Source of the DNA: Adineta vaga
Taxonomy: Eukaryota > Animalia > Rotifera
Assembly (NCBI GenBank): GCA_021613535.1
Contig: CP075496.1
Coordinates: 13,764,001 to 13,828,000, forward strand
Direction: 5' to 3'
Length of the DNA stretch: 64,000 nt
In this document: positions 51,801 through 64,000 of the stretch, in pieces
How positions within the stretch are numbered: the first letter of the stretch is position 1
Layout: every line of letters starts with the position of its first letter
Position numbers and translations under genes: made by a program
Notes under the pieces: model-generated
What the model was told of the DNA's origin: nothing
The model's input: the letters and a program-made list of their open reading frames with translations, nothing else
The model's database searches: none

Positions 51801-54800
51801 CTCAGTCTTATATCGATACATCAGGAAGCAAAAGAAAAAAGACGAAGAAGAAGAAGAAGAAAACTGTTGAGATATTAGTACCGCTGTTTTTCTTTTTCTT
51901 ACTCGCGTTTAACCTTAGTATCCACGCTAGCAATGTATATCGTAGTGCCCGTTGTTGTTGTTGTTGTTGTTTCCTTCTAAATCCATTACAATCATTGATG
52001 TGCATAAAGGGAAAAAAGAAGAAGAAGAAATTAGTCATTGGTCTCGCGTTTCGCTTCCTACTCTTTTGTGGATCGTCTGTATCTTTATCGTTGTAACATA
52101 AGAAGAAAAAGAAAGAAAAGAATATGTATGAATGTACAGAAGGAATAGAAGGAAATATCTTTGGCTGATAACTAGCGTTTGTTTCTATCTATATTCTTTT
52201 TCTGTCTGTAGGCTTGTTCTTCAACAAGGCTGCTAGTGTAAAGACAATTTCTAATTCTTATAAATTGACGGATATCTTATTGTTGTTTTCAGTGGTTAGA
52301 ACTCGTCGAATTTTTGTAGTCGACATTGTCTTTAGTAATTGAGTACGCGTGTTATTTGCTTTGTTATCTGTTTGACGAACGAAGAAAAGTATCAAGAAAG
52401 AAGAAAAAGAAGAAGAAGAAAAAAAACTGTTCCAGTACATATATATCTGTCCTCAACTATCTATATCATCTTCTTCTTCTCGGTCGATCAACTTTTTTTT
52501 TCTTCTTTTTTTCTCTATTCCGTTTACGGATAAGCAGATAACAAAAGGGTAAGTTCTTATCAATTCTATGGATAGAATATCTCGTTATTTACTTCTTTTT
52601 TCTCTTAATTTAATCAAAAATGATTGATTTTTTAGTATTCTATTTCGAAATTATCCAACTAAAGAGGAATATAAGAAATAGATAAATAGCTTGATGAAGA
52701 TACTTTATATTTCAGTTGTTGAAAATAACAATCAGTGTCAAGAGAAAACATATGAGATATTCGAGGAGTGACATAAAATGCGTAGTGCTTGTGTTTTACA
52801 GTATCTTCTTTCATTTGGCTAGTTTTACTTAGGAAGAGAGATATAATTGACAGGTAATTGGAAAAGAATTTTTCTCTTTCGATGAAAAATAACATTCCAT
52901 TTTCGAGAAAATATATGACTAACAGATTCTTGTATGTAACATAATGAGGCAGCTGTTATCCTTCGATATTGAAGGTTTAAGAAAATATCTGCAGAGAAAT
53001 TCAAAGATTAATCATTGAAAATGAATAGCTTAGGACTTCATAAAATCGATGACATCTGTTTACTCCACGGTTAAACAGAAATCTTTCGTTCTTACAAAGA
53101 TTACCTAAGTGCATAAATGAACTGTTGATAGAAAGAAATTGTTTATTTTATTTGATAATATCCAAGATTTTCAGCTGATGAAGACTCGTTGAAAATAAAG
53201 ATGACCAATTGATATCTGATCGGACATGAACATTGACGACAAAACAGAAGTTATGATATAAACAAGAAAAAATCTTCTCATGTAAAAAGATATCGAACAA
53301 GTAATTCAATCTTGACGAACATAGAATGATACTGTATATTTCTATAGAACTAAAAACTGAAGATACTATTCAGACGAGAAAAAGATTGGATAAATTCTTT
53401 TCCTTTTAGTTGATAGATTGATTAATATAAACATTTTTGTTTTGCGAGAAGAAATGAACACGAATGACAGATATCATTAGAAGAATAAGAAGTTTATAAG
53501 TATAGGATGAGTAATTTTGAAAGAATTAGTTTTAAATCTAAAATAGAATAAAGAAAAACATTGTATAGATAGGTGAATCAGTTGGATTTGTTTATTTTTA
53601 CATATTTTTTCTATTACGAATAGAAATATCAATAAGATTACATATGATAAATGGCATTCTTTCTAATATCCATTAAGGACAATGTTCAAATTAATAATTT
53701 TATTTCCTAATCATGAAGAAGACATTCAAATAGATCAATAGAAGTTTATCTTAATGAGAAACTTCTTTGAAATGAAATTTTTTTTTTCTAAATATAAACT
53801 CAAAATGAAAGATGTTCTGTTGAACTTCTCTCTCAATTGCCGTCAGTCCATATGATTTGATAGAGAACAGTAGGAAAAGAATCAATCAATCAATGTCAAT
53901 GTTATTGTCAGACAAGCACCGTTTTTCTTTCTCACATATAATTCTTATCCGTCATCTATCTCATCCTAATCGCAGCCAAATGTATTTTCCGACAAGGATA
54001 GAGCGATATCTATCGAAGGAATAAGCAAATCTGTTTTGCAAAGATATTCTTTATAGAAAACATTGATTTCATGAAAATCTATCTTTGAATTTTTCATTTT
54101 AGTTGTTCCTAGCAAACGAACATATACGAAAAAGTCCGGTGTAGTGACTAGCAATATCGACAAACGTTATAATCCAACAAATCAAGACGATCAAGATTCA
54201 TCCTCAAGTAGTGATGATTTAAAAACCATGACAGAGGTTTGTTATAGCAATGTTTTTGATATTGAAATATCATCCGAATGATAAACATTAACTCTAGAGA
54301 AACAAAAAATCTCGGAAAACGGACAGTTAACCATCGTATTTTTTCATCCTGTCATTCTAGTAGTGCTTATTTAGAATAAGAAGAAAGAAAAACCTAGGCG
54401 GAAATCAAAGATAACAACAGTCAGAAAAATATCTCTATAGTTGACAATTAAGTAGGTGTTGATATATTGATACGAAGTCACCAAGGACAAAAGTCGCCTA
54501 CATAAAGAAGAACATCTAACCTCAATGATTCATTATCCAATCAATGAGATAAAAATGTTAAATTGAATCGTTTTTTTTTAGGAAGCTGAAGTTTATTATG
54601 CTAATTCGGATTATATTCCCACACGTCCAGATGGGATTGCACTAGCAGAAAATCAACTTGTCGATGTGCTTGATTCACATGATCCCGAACAATATCTTGT
54701 TCGTACTCGAGCACGAAAAGATGAACGACCAAAAATCGGTTGGGTTGACGCATGTTTTCTCGAGAAGAAGTCAACTAATATAGGACAAGTAAGTAAACAA

Positions 54801-57800
54801 GATATTCTAGTTTGCACTTACCTAGATCATTCCTGCCAATGTTTTTGTTGTTGCTGCTGATTTATTCATCTTCTTACGAAAATCCTACAACAGTCAAGTC
54901 GGCTATTCATCGTCTGAGAAAAAGAAACGGTTTTTCAGGATAGAAAACATATCTTTCCATCGCCCGATATTTAGCACGCAATCTATTCATATGTATACAT
55001 AAGTGATATGGTACGTGCGCGTAAGAAAAATAAGGGATCAATAGCTCTGTTGTTGATGCATGTTTCATCACGTATTTATCTTTTTTTCCTCCTTCAATTC
55101 GATGAGATGATAAACAACAAGTGGAAAAACGACAGAATAGAAATCGAGAAGGAAGCATGACATTTTCTTCAGGCATTTAGCAAAGCAGAAGAGGAGGAAG
55201 AAAAAGAAAGTTTTTCTTGCATTCCCGTTTTTCTATCTTTTTATTGTACATGATAGATGTATAACGAACCTGTCTTCTCTCGTTCTACTAAGAAACAACG
55301 GATAAAAAAGCTGGGAAGAACATCATATTAGTATTAATAGGAAGCAGAGAGAAGAATAACGGCCATCGAGACAAGCGATGATGTGACAAAGATGTTAGGA
55401 TGAAATGATGCGCCTGCTGTTGTTGTTGATGATGTTGTTGGTCTTATACCTGATATAGCTTTTTCTTCTCTTCCTTTCATGAATTTTCTTGTCTGAAATA
55501 TATATATGCGTTTGATTATCGCTCTCGTCATTGTGAAGTTACGCAAGACAAGAAGCATCTGTATTAGTCGACTAGAGAACAGCAAGTAGTTTGCACCAAT
55601 ATTCGCCCGTTGTCTTCGTTTTTGTCGTTGTCATCTCATCAAGATAAAGTAATTGCAATCAAGACGAAAAAAATAGCAAAACAGTCCAAATTTGGAAATT
55701 GTTTTTCATCTCGTCATCTATATTAATATGTCGTCGCCAACGTGGAATCCAGTAAACTTATCATCATTTGTATTCGAACGTGATCGATATCGACGAAGTG
55801 TAAGCGAACAGAGACATATTATAACAACGCATGAATATCATAGTTATTCCCGAACAGAATCGCCTTGTGAATATCGAAATTATTGTGAGTATTGTCCTTG
55901 CATAAATTGTCGACGTTTTCGTCAACCATCTTATCGACATATAATGAGTCGACGAGAGACAAGAAGTTTTACTCCGAAAGGACATCAAGAATATTATTCG
56001 AGTGCGCATTCTATTCGAGATGAACAAACACGAAATAGTCCAACAGGTTTTGAGCTCTATGTTCATGAACATTCACAATCCCCACAATCGTTATATCAGC
56101 AGCAACAACAACAACAACGACCCTATCAACCTCATCATTTTCATGATACTAATCCACATGAACATCAACGACCAACACGTTTATTACAGATTAATCGACG
56201 TAGTACACGTGAAGTTCAACCAAGCGATCAAACCGTACCAAATACTACTAATCCTAGTCGACAAGACGAGGCTGTCATTAAGCGAAGGTAATTAATGTTT
56301 TCTTCATTCATAATCTACTCGATAGGGAAAAATGTTCTGATCAATTGTCTGAGTATTTAACTTAGATCGATAGATAGATAGATAATCATCGAATATTATA
56401 TAATCAAATGAGATGTTTGTTTTGATTGATGGATCAAGGTTAGAAGTGGAATAGTTAGACGAAGTTTTCATAATAAACTTCACAAGCAATGTCATACAGA
56501 TTGAATTACCAATCAATTTCGAATAGACGATTATGAGACAGAGGAAACAAAAAGTCGAAATACACGTAGATAATTGAAAAGAAGAAATCAAAGATATCCA
56601 TATGTGTCATTTATTTTTTCTTCGAGGGAATATCATATATGTTATCCTATCGAATCAGATTGATATTTAATCGTCTTATTTCTAATAAAAAAAAAAGAAG
56701 AAACGATTAGAATTAAATAAATGATGCATGGAATGTTAAAGAAAATGAATTAATCATATGAATTAACTTTAGATATGCCTTCGCTGACATTCTCGAAAGC
56801 GAACGTTCATATGTTGCTGATCTTCAACGTATTATTGAAATTTATTTGTATGAATTAACTCGTCAAGAATGTCCGTGGTTCGTCAAAGAAAAAAAAGATC
56901 TACTTTTCAGCAACATTGAAGACATATTCGCATTCCATAAAGTGTATGTATTGAAATGCAATAGAACACCAATTGCTTTTCATTATCATTTTTTTCTTTT
57001 CTAGTTTATTCTTAAATGATTTAACTAATGCTATTGAACATGATCCAAATGAATTGGCTTATGTCTTTTTACGTCGACGAGATCAATTTTTAAATCTTTA
57101 TTCTCAGTATATGTACGATCGAACACGATCTGAACATGTACTACAAACAAATCCAAATATTCAACGTTATTTTGATGAATTAAAACAACGATTAGGTCTT
57201 CAAACAAGTGATTTAACACTTAACAATTTACTTAATCGTCCAATTCAACGACTTGAAAAATATAAGAATATTTTACAAGTAAATTCATCATTTCTCTTTC
57301 TCTTCATTTTGTTTATATTACGTTTTCATTCTAAGGAAATGATCAAATATACAAATCGTATGCGTGAAAATAGTTCAATATTTCAACAAGCTTATGCAAT
57401 GATAAGTAGTGTTATGAATGAAGCACGTCAACGTGATGCAACTGAATTAATTGATAATTTACCGTTCACAATCGATGAATTAGGAGAATTAAAACGACAG
57501 GATGTTGTTTTAATCAAAACAACTGATCATGATTTAGATTCTGTGAATGAATCTGGTACACGTTTACGTGAAAGATTTTTATATCTCTATCGACATAAAG
57601 TTGTCGTATGTCGACGAAAACGTGTCGATAGTCGATTAGAAGCACGATCATTAGCATTTAAACAAGCCTATAATGTAAGAAGAAAGATTTTCTCCTTCGT
57701 TAATTAAAGAAAGAAATTTTTGCTCTTAGACAAATGAAATAACTTTTATTCAAGAAAATTTTCCTGATGATGATAAAAAATTTGAAATCACATTTAATGA

Positions 57801-60800
57801 TCATGAACGTGTGACATTTTTTGCTCGAAATGCTTTCTCAAAAATGTCTTTAGTTCGATCATTAAGAGATAATCTCAAAGCTCTTGGTAAGAATTTCATT
57901 ATTTTACAAGAAATTGTAAACATATTCTTTTTTGTTTCTTGTTTAAAGGTTTCGTTGAAGAAATTGAAATGATCGAAACGCCCGAAGGAGAAGAGGATGC
58001 ACGACAAAAACGTCCAGTGGCGAAAAAACGAGCAATGGATGTTTCAGAATCAGCTGTAAGTTAGATTTCGAAGAAGAAAAGAGATTGTTGATGTATGTGA
58101 TTATTTCAGACAATGGAACAACAAAAACGTGGTCGTTCATCAGGACATACAACGACATCGGGAACATCGGACTTCTATTCAGTTGGAAGTGAAAGCGAAT
58201 CAAGTTATCAAACAGCCGGAGAAAACGATGATTTTAAACCGAAATTTTTGAAAAAATTAAATGATACTTTAGCAACAGGTCAGTCAGAAGAGACAAAATG
58301 ATAATTGATCTTGAAAATTTCTTTGAATTTTAGAGGGTGATTTTGTTACATTAGAATGTATTGTTGTTAGTACAACACCAGTTCATGGTACATGGTTTAA
58401 AAATAATATTCCATTACAAGATAATGCTGATTGTCGACAAATACAAGATGATAAACGATTTCAATTAGTTATTAAAGAAGCTTTTGTTGAAGATGGAGGA
58501 ATTTATTCAATAAAGATTTCTAATCATGCCGGAACAGTTACATGTACTTGTAAATTATTCGTACGCGAAGGTAAATTAAAATGAAAGATTGAATCATTCA
58601 ATTTTATTTTTCATTCAAAATTTAGAAATGAGTGATGAACGAACTATACGCGAAGATTTAGTTATTCGAGAAGGTTCATCACCCGAAGCTAAACTAGGTA
58701 TGAAAATAAAAACAAATCAATCGAATAATTTTGTTTCTAACACGTCTCTTCTCTCATTGATTATAGAAGCAACCGATAATGAAGACGAATTACGTATTAC
58801 CGAAATGACATATGATCAGGCTGGTGCATATAAGGTTACACCACATGTGGGACGTGCACCAATATTTCTTCAATCACTTATGCCAACAATTTCCAAAGCC
58901 GGAGATATTGTCACATTAAAATGTACTGTTACAGCAACACCAATGCCATCTGCTATTTGGTTCGTTGAAAAGTCAGTTGTTTGTATTGGAGAATATTGTG
59001 ATCTATTTTAGGTATAAAAATGGACAAGAAATTCAAGCAAGTGGTCGTTGTTCAGTATTTAATGATCAAAATGGAAATTTTTCATTAGTTCTATCCGATG
59101 CTTTACCACAAGATTCAGGTGCATATGAAATCACAGTTAGAAATCAATATGGTACAGCAAATTCAAAAACAAATCTACAAATTCTCGGTTTGTTTCATGA
59201 ACATTTTCTCAACGACAAAAAAAAGTATATTTCATTTGTTTTAGAACGTGAAAGTGTTTTTATACCAATACCTATCACTCGTGTTTCAACTGAAGAACAT
59301 GGAACAGCTAGATTAGCATGTGCAGTTAAACGTACTGATGTTAACGTTGATTGGTATAAAGGTGAACAAGCGTTATTTACTGGACAACAAGCAGAAAATC
59401 ATAAATATAAACGTATTGATGATGGTTTACAACGTGAATTGATTGTTAAAAATGTTTCACAAGATGATCAAGGTGATTACGTTTGTCAAGCAGATAAATT
59501 TCGAGTTACACTTCATTTGAATGTTCAAGGTAAATCATTTGGTAAATTTTTTTTTTGAAAGAATTTACAAATGTATTTGTTTCTTCAGGACCAGCAGCGG
59601 ATTTCGTTCGTCCATTAGAAAATCTTGAAATAACTGAAAATAATGAAGCTGTTTTCGAATGTCAATTATCGAAAGAAGATAGTCAAGTTGAATGGTGGTT
59701 TCGTGGAACACCAATTGTTCCATCTCATCATCATTTAATTGCATCACGTGGTGTTATTCGACAATTAATTATCCCAAAAGTTGCAATGAATGATGAAGGA
59801 GAATATTCTATACGTGTTGATAATAAAAATACATCAACTGCTCAATTATTTGTCAAAGGTAAAGATTATCAATATGAAATTATAGTTTCAATTGTAATTT
59901 GATTTTCAATTTTAGAACAACCGATTATTTTTCGTCGTCCATTACGTTCACAAGTTGTTGAAGAAAGTTCTTTAACATTAAGCAATGCTGCTGTTTTCGA
60001 ATGTGAACTTAATAAACCATTAAAACAAATGTTATGGTTTAAATCTAATGTTCAACATCTTATTCCATCGGATAAATATCAAATTGAATCATTTGCTAAT
60101 GGTCTTATTCATCGTTTAACTATACGAAATGTTAATTTACGTGATGATGGAGAATATACTGCATCAACTGGACTGAATACATCTCAAGCAAGATTAACTG
60201 TTGAACCATTAATGCCTGTATTCATAGTACCATTAATGGATGCACGTGCTAATATAAGAGAAACAGTTAAATTATCATGTGAAACAAGTAATCCATGTCA
60301 AGTTGTTTGGATGCATCGAGGAAAGAAGATTATTGAAAGTAGTTACAAATATACAATAGGTAAATAATGAAATTAAACGCTAATTTACGAGTAAGAATGC
60401 TTTCAATGAAAATGAGATACCTTAGAATGAACATTAGTCAGATATTTTATTGTTCTTTGTAAAACTATTTGATATAAATTTTTAGGTAATTTTAATAATT
60501 CAACATTACATACCCTCGATATCGAGAATTTGGAAGTACGTGATCAAGGTGAAGTTTTATGTTCCATAGCTCAACATCCAACTGTATCGACAACATGTCA
60601 ATTAATAATCGAAGATGCTCAACAACAATGTAAATTTCAATTATTTTCTTATTTATTTGAAAAATCTTTTGTTTTCTTTCGAATTTTTTTAGCAGCATTT
60701 TATTCACCATTGAAACCATTCATGGAAATCGTTCGTGATCAAGATGCTATACTCAATTGTGAAACATATGATTCAACATATTTTCAATGGCTTAAAGATG

Positions 60801-63800
60801 GTACAACATTAATAGCAACAAGTAATAAATTTCGTACACTCGGTGATGATAAACATTCAACATTAGTTGTTAAACAATTTAATGAATATGATGAAGGTAA
60901 TGGAGTTGAATTTGTAAGAAATATATTTATATTTGTTTTTTTTTCCAGGTGTTTATACATGTGTTACACGAGAAGGTCAATCAACATCAACAACTCTTCG
61001 AACAAAAGATACACGTGAACGAACGCCACGTAGTGAAGAACGTTTTGGTTCATATATGAAAATCGATTCACCACGTTCGAGTCGAACACCTGAATTAGGT
61101 GGTTATCGTTCAAGTATGAGTCCAACTGCAAGTCGATTTGTTCCATCATTAGCCGGTGATAATGAACGACAACAATCGCCACGTGTTGAAGAAACACGTC
61201 GAACAAAAAAGATTACCATACAAGAAACAAGTGAACAACGTTTACCATCTACAGCAACAAAAACAAGTACAGCTACATTTCGTCCAAGTTCAAGTCCAAG
61301 TCCACAACGTGAATATATTCGTAGTGGTTACTCATCAGGTACAAGTCCTGAACGAGAACATCTTTCAATGCCACGTCATTTTTCTCCAACAACAACATAT
61401 AAATCATCAAATCAATTACAAGATTTCGGTCATTATATTGATCGAAGTTCGAAATCACCATCACCATCACCAACAAGAAAATCCAATATGACATTTACAA
61501 ATATAACTCCAACAACGAAAATGCCGCCTGTTTACGAAGAACTCGATGAACATCAACGACATCGATCATCCGTTACATTTTCACCAAGTCGATCACCAGC
61601 AAGACAATCTGTTGAAAGACGAATTGTCGAAATGCAAATACCAATAAGGTATAGTCAATATATAATTCTTCTTCTTCTTCTTCTTTCCATCGTTATCATT
61701 TCCTTCTTATTTAGTCCATCGGCATTACAACGTGAATTAAAACATGCACCATTTCGAGAAGAATCATTTCCCGAAGAACGTATACAATTTCTCGATAGTG
61801 AACAATATGATAAACAAACGCCAATTTTTCATCGAGAAGAACCTTACGGTTTAAATACATCACGTATTCAAGTAACAGAAACTCTACCAATAATACATAT
61901 AACTCAACCATTAGTTGATACACGTGTTGAACAAGGTAAACCTTTACGATTAGTTGTTGAAACCTCTCAACCATCAAGTGAAGCGATTTGGTTTAAAACG
62001 GATATTTATTCATCTGCACCAAATCAAGCTCAAAAATTAGATGAAAGTGGAAAATATCATATGATTACTCAAGGTACTCGACATATTCTTATTATTCCAA
62101 ATGCAACAGCCGAAGATAATGGAGAATATATTTGTCGAATACAAAATGCGATGACACGTGCACAAGTTCAAGTTACAAATGAAGATTTACAATTTATTCG
62201 ACGTTTACCACAATCAATTGATGTTATTGGTGGACGAGATATTTTGATTGAATGTGAAATGAATAAAATGGATACACAAGCAATATGGAAAAAAGATAAT
62301 GAAATCATTCGAGTAAGTTATCAAAAGAAAATAAGAAAATATTTCGAATTTGTATGTTTGTTTGTAGTATCCTCAAAAATTTCTTCCAATTTCTGAAAAT
62401 AAAAAACATCGATTAATTATTAAAGATGCTAGTCCTGAAGATTCGGGTCTCTATACTGTTATTGTCAATGATCTTGAATCGACAACTTATGTTAATGTTA
62501 CACCTGAACCATTATTAATCTTAAAACCTTTACAAGATCAACGTGTTCGTACAGGTGATACAATAACATTTACATGTGTTTGTTCTAAAACACCAAAAAA
62601 TGTTCAATGGTATTTAAATGGTTATCCATTACCAATCAATGAACGTTATCAAACGAACTTAATCGATCGAGAAATACAATTAACAATAATCAATGTTCAA
62701 GAATCGGATATTGGTACAATAACATGTTGTTTAAATAATACAATCACAACTGCCAATTTAACATTAGATGATAAAGATTCGACATTGAAATTTTTGAAAT
62801 TTTTAGAAAATGATGATACAGGAAATCTTCAAGTTGATTCACCATTTATGTTAGAATGTCGAACTAATCGACCAACTTATCAAATACGATGGTTTAAAGA
62901 TAATCGAGAAATTAGTCAATATGATCAAATTATGAAGACAATCTCCGATGGATGTACACATGTTCTTCAAGTTTCACGTGCTCAATTAGATCATACTGGA
63001 CAATATCGTTGTGTTGTTGCTGATCGTCTTGAAACAACATGTCATATAACAATTCGTGAACCAGATTATCGTTTTGTTCAACCATTACCATCGAATATAC
63101 AATTTTCTCCTCAAACGGATACATCTTTAACACTTGATGCTACATTAAATCGTAAACCAACACGTGTTCAATGGTTTAAAAATGGTCTGGAAATCTATCC
63201 ATCAAGAAAATATGAATTAGCTAATGAACATCATGTTGTTGCTTTAATTATTCATGATCTATCATCGGATGATCAAGGTTTATATCGTTGTAGTATAAGT
63301 AATGGTCAAACAGCAGGCGAATGTCAAGTATCAATGAATTTAATGAGTGAAAATGATCGTCGATTGATTAAACCATTACAAGATCAAAATATTTATGTTC
63401 ATGATACATGTACCTTAAGTGTACAATTTCAAGGTGATGCACCTGATGTCAAATGGTATAAAAATGGACAAGAAATATCTGTGAATAAGAAATATCGTTT
63501 ACTTCATCATGGAAATGAACAAACATTGATTATTGATGATTGTCAATTAACCCATGATCAAGCTTATTATAGTTTACGTTTAGCAACCAATCCTAAACTT
63601 GATTTAACATCATGTTATATTCAAGTTAAAGATAAATTTGTTAATATTACTAAACATCTTGAACCACAACGATGTATTCTTGGACAAGAACGACAAGTTC
63701 AATTTGATTGTGAAACAACACCAACAGATAAAAAACCGATATGGTATTTTAATAATCAACAGATTGATAATACAGCAAAATATGAAATAATCTCAACGGA

Positions 63801-64000
63801 TAATACTCATCATTTATTATTCATTCATCAACCTGAACTTTCCGATCAAGGTCAATATACAATTGCATTTCCGGAAAGTGATCAATCATCAACAGCAAAT
63901 CTTCAAGTTTTACAAACACCTTCAACATTAGAATTTATTCAACCACTTGAAGAAGTTTTCTTATGTGAAGAAGGTGATAATTTTGTTCTTGTTACACGTA
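45806..64000 (+). CDS. unc-89: UNC-89/obscurin-like giant muscle protein (Ig domains, 2 SH3, DH/RhoGEF, PH, long Ig array, Ser/Pro-rich inserts); truncated at window end
   Basis: Ig-I domains (D.G.Y.C) at 48264-50730; SH3 at ~51070-51300 and ~54582-54788; DH (ILESERSYVADL, LFSNIEDIF, LNRPIQRL); PH (ELKRQD, RERFLYLY); tandem Ig domains from 58240 to the end. The first exon at 45806-45869 is inferred from splice phase. Confidence 0.85.
45917..46678 (-). CDS. Small secreted CUB + LDLa-like protein
   Basis: Hydrophobic signal (MFLLLLLLPSS); CUB (YGENLDCLLTI, MDIACGGDKLLIYDG, VLIEFISND...GF); LDLa-like exon CAQSENLYRCRNHLCISNIFNCDDRNWCGDDT; no TM segment. Confidence 0.75.

Noticed and set aside
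51731-52541. Poly-K/F/C/Q ORFs
   Set aside because: Artefacts of (AAG)n, (TTG)n and T-runs within an intron or promoter-like region.
1-64000. CRISPR arrays, rRNA, tRNA, prokaryotic operons; antisense ORFs overlapping real exons
   Set aside because: No regularly spaced repeats or RNA-gene signatures were seen; the DNA is intron-rich and eukaryotic; the overlapping ORFs are shadow frames.

Overview
AT-rich (~70%) eukaryotic genomic DNA with dense genes and many very short (~45-60 nt) GT-AG introns. This style, plus bacterial-type genes carrying introns, suggests a bdelloid rotifer (inference). About 19 protein-coding loci were reconstructed by hand across introns. Conserved genes: ENT/SLC29, ARMH1, Boule-like, Kish/TMEM167, DCAF5, CARNMT1, IFT81 and a giant UNC-89/obscurin-like gene running off the right end. 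Lineage-specific or foreign-looking genes: a bacterial-type DUF4139/DUF4140-like protein with a near-canonical ubiquitin embedded in its middle (top finding), a lipocalin-mucin-antistasin-thyroglobulin protein, a small metallothionein-like gene with an MRE/TATA promoter, two tandem glycosyltransferase-like paralogs, a ~16-PLAT protein built from a triplicated three-domain super-repeat, and a secreted putative Cys-His enzyme. Also present: a MORN protein, a frameshifted GPCR, a CUB-LDLa gene probably nested in an obscurin intron, and a non-autonomous TIR (piggyBac-like) element. No rRNA, tRNA or CRISPR was seen. Exon boundaries are manual calls; family assignments come from recalled motifs, not database searches.
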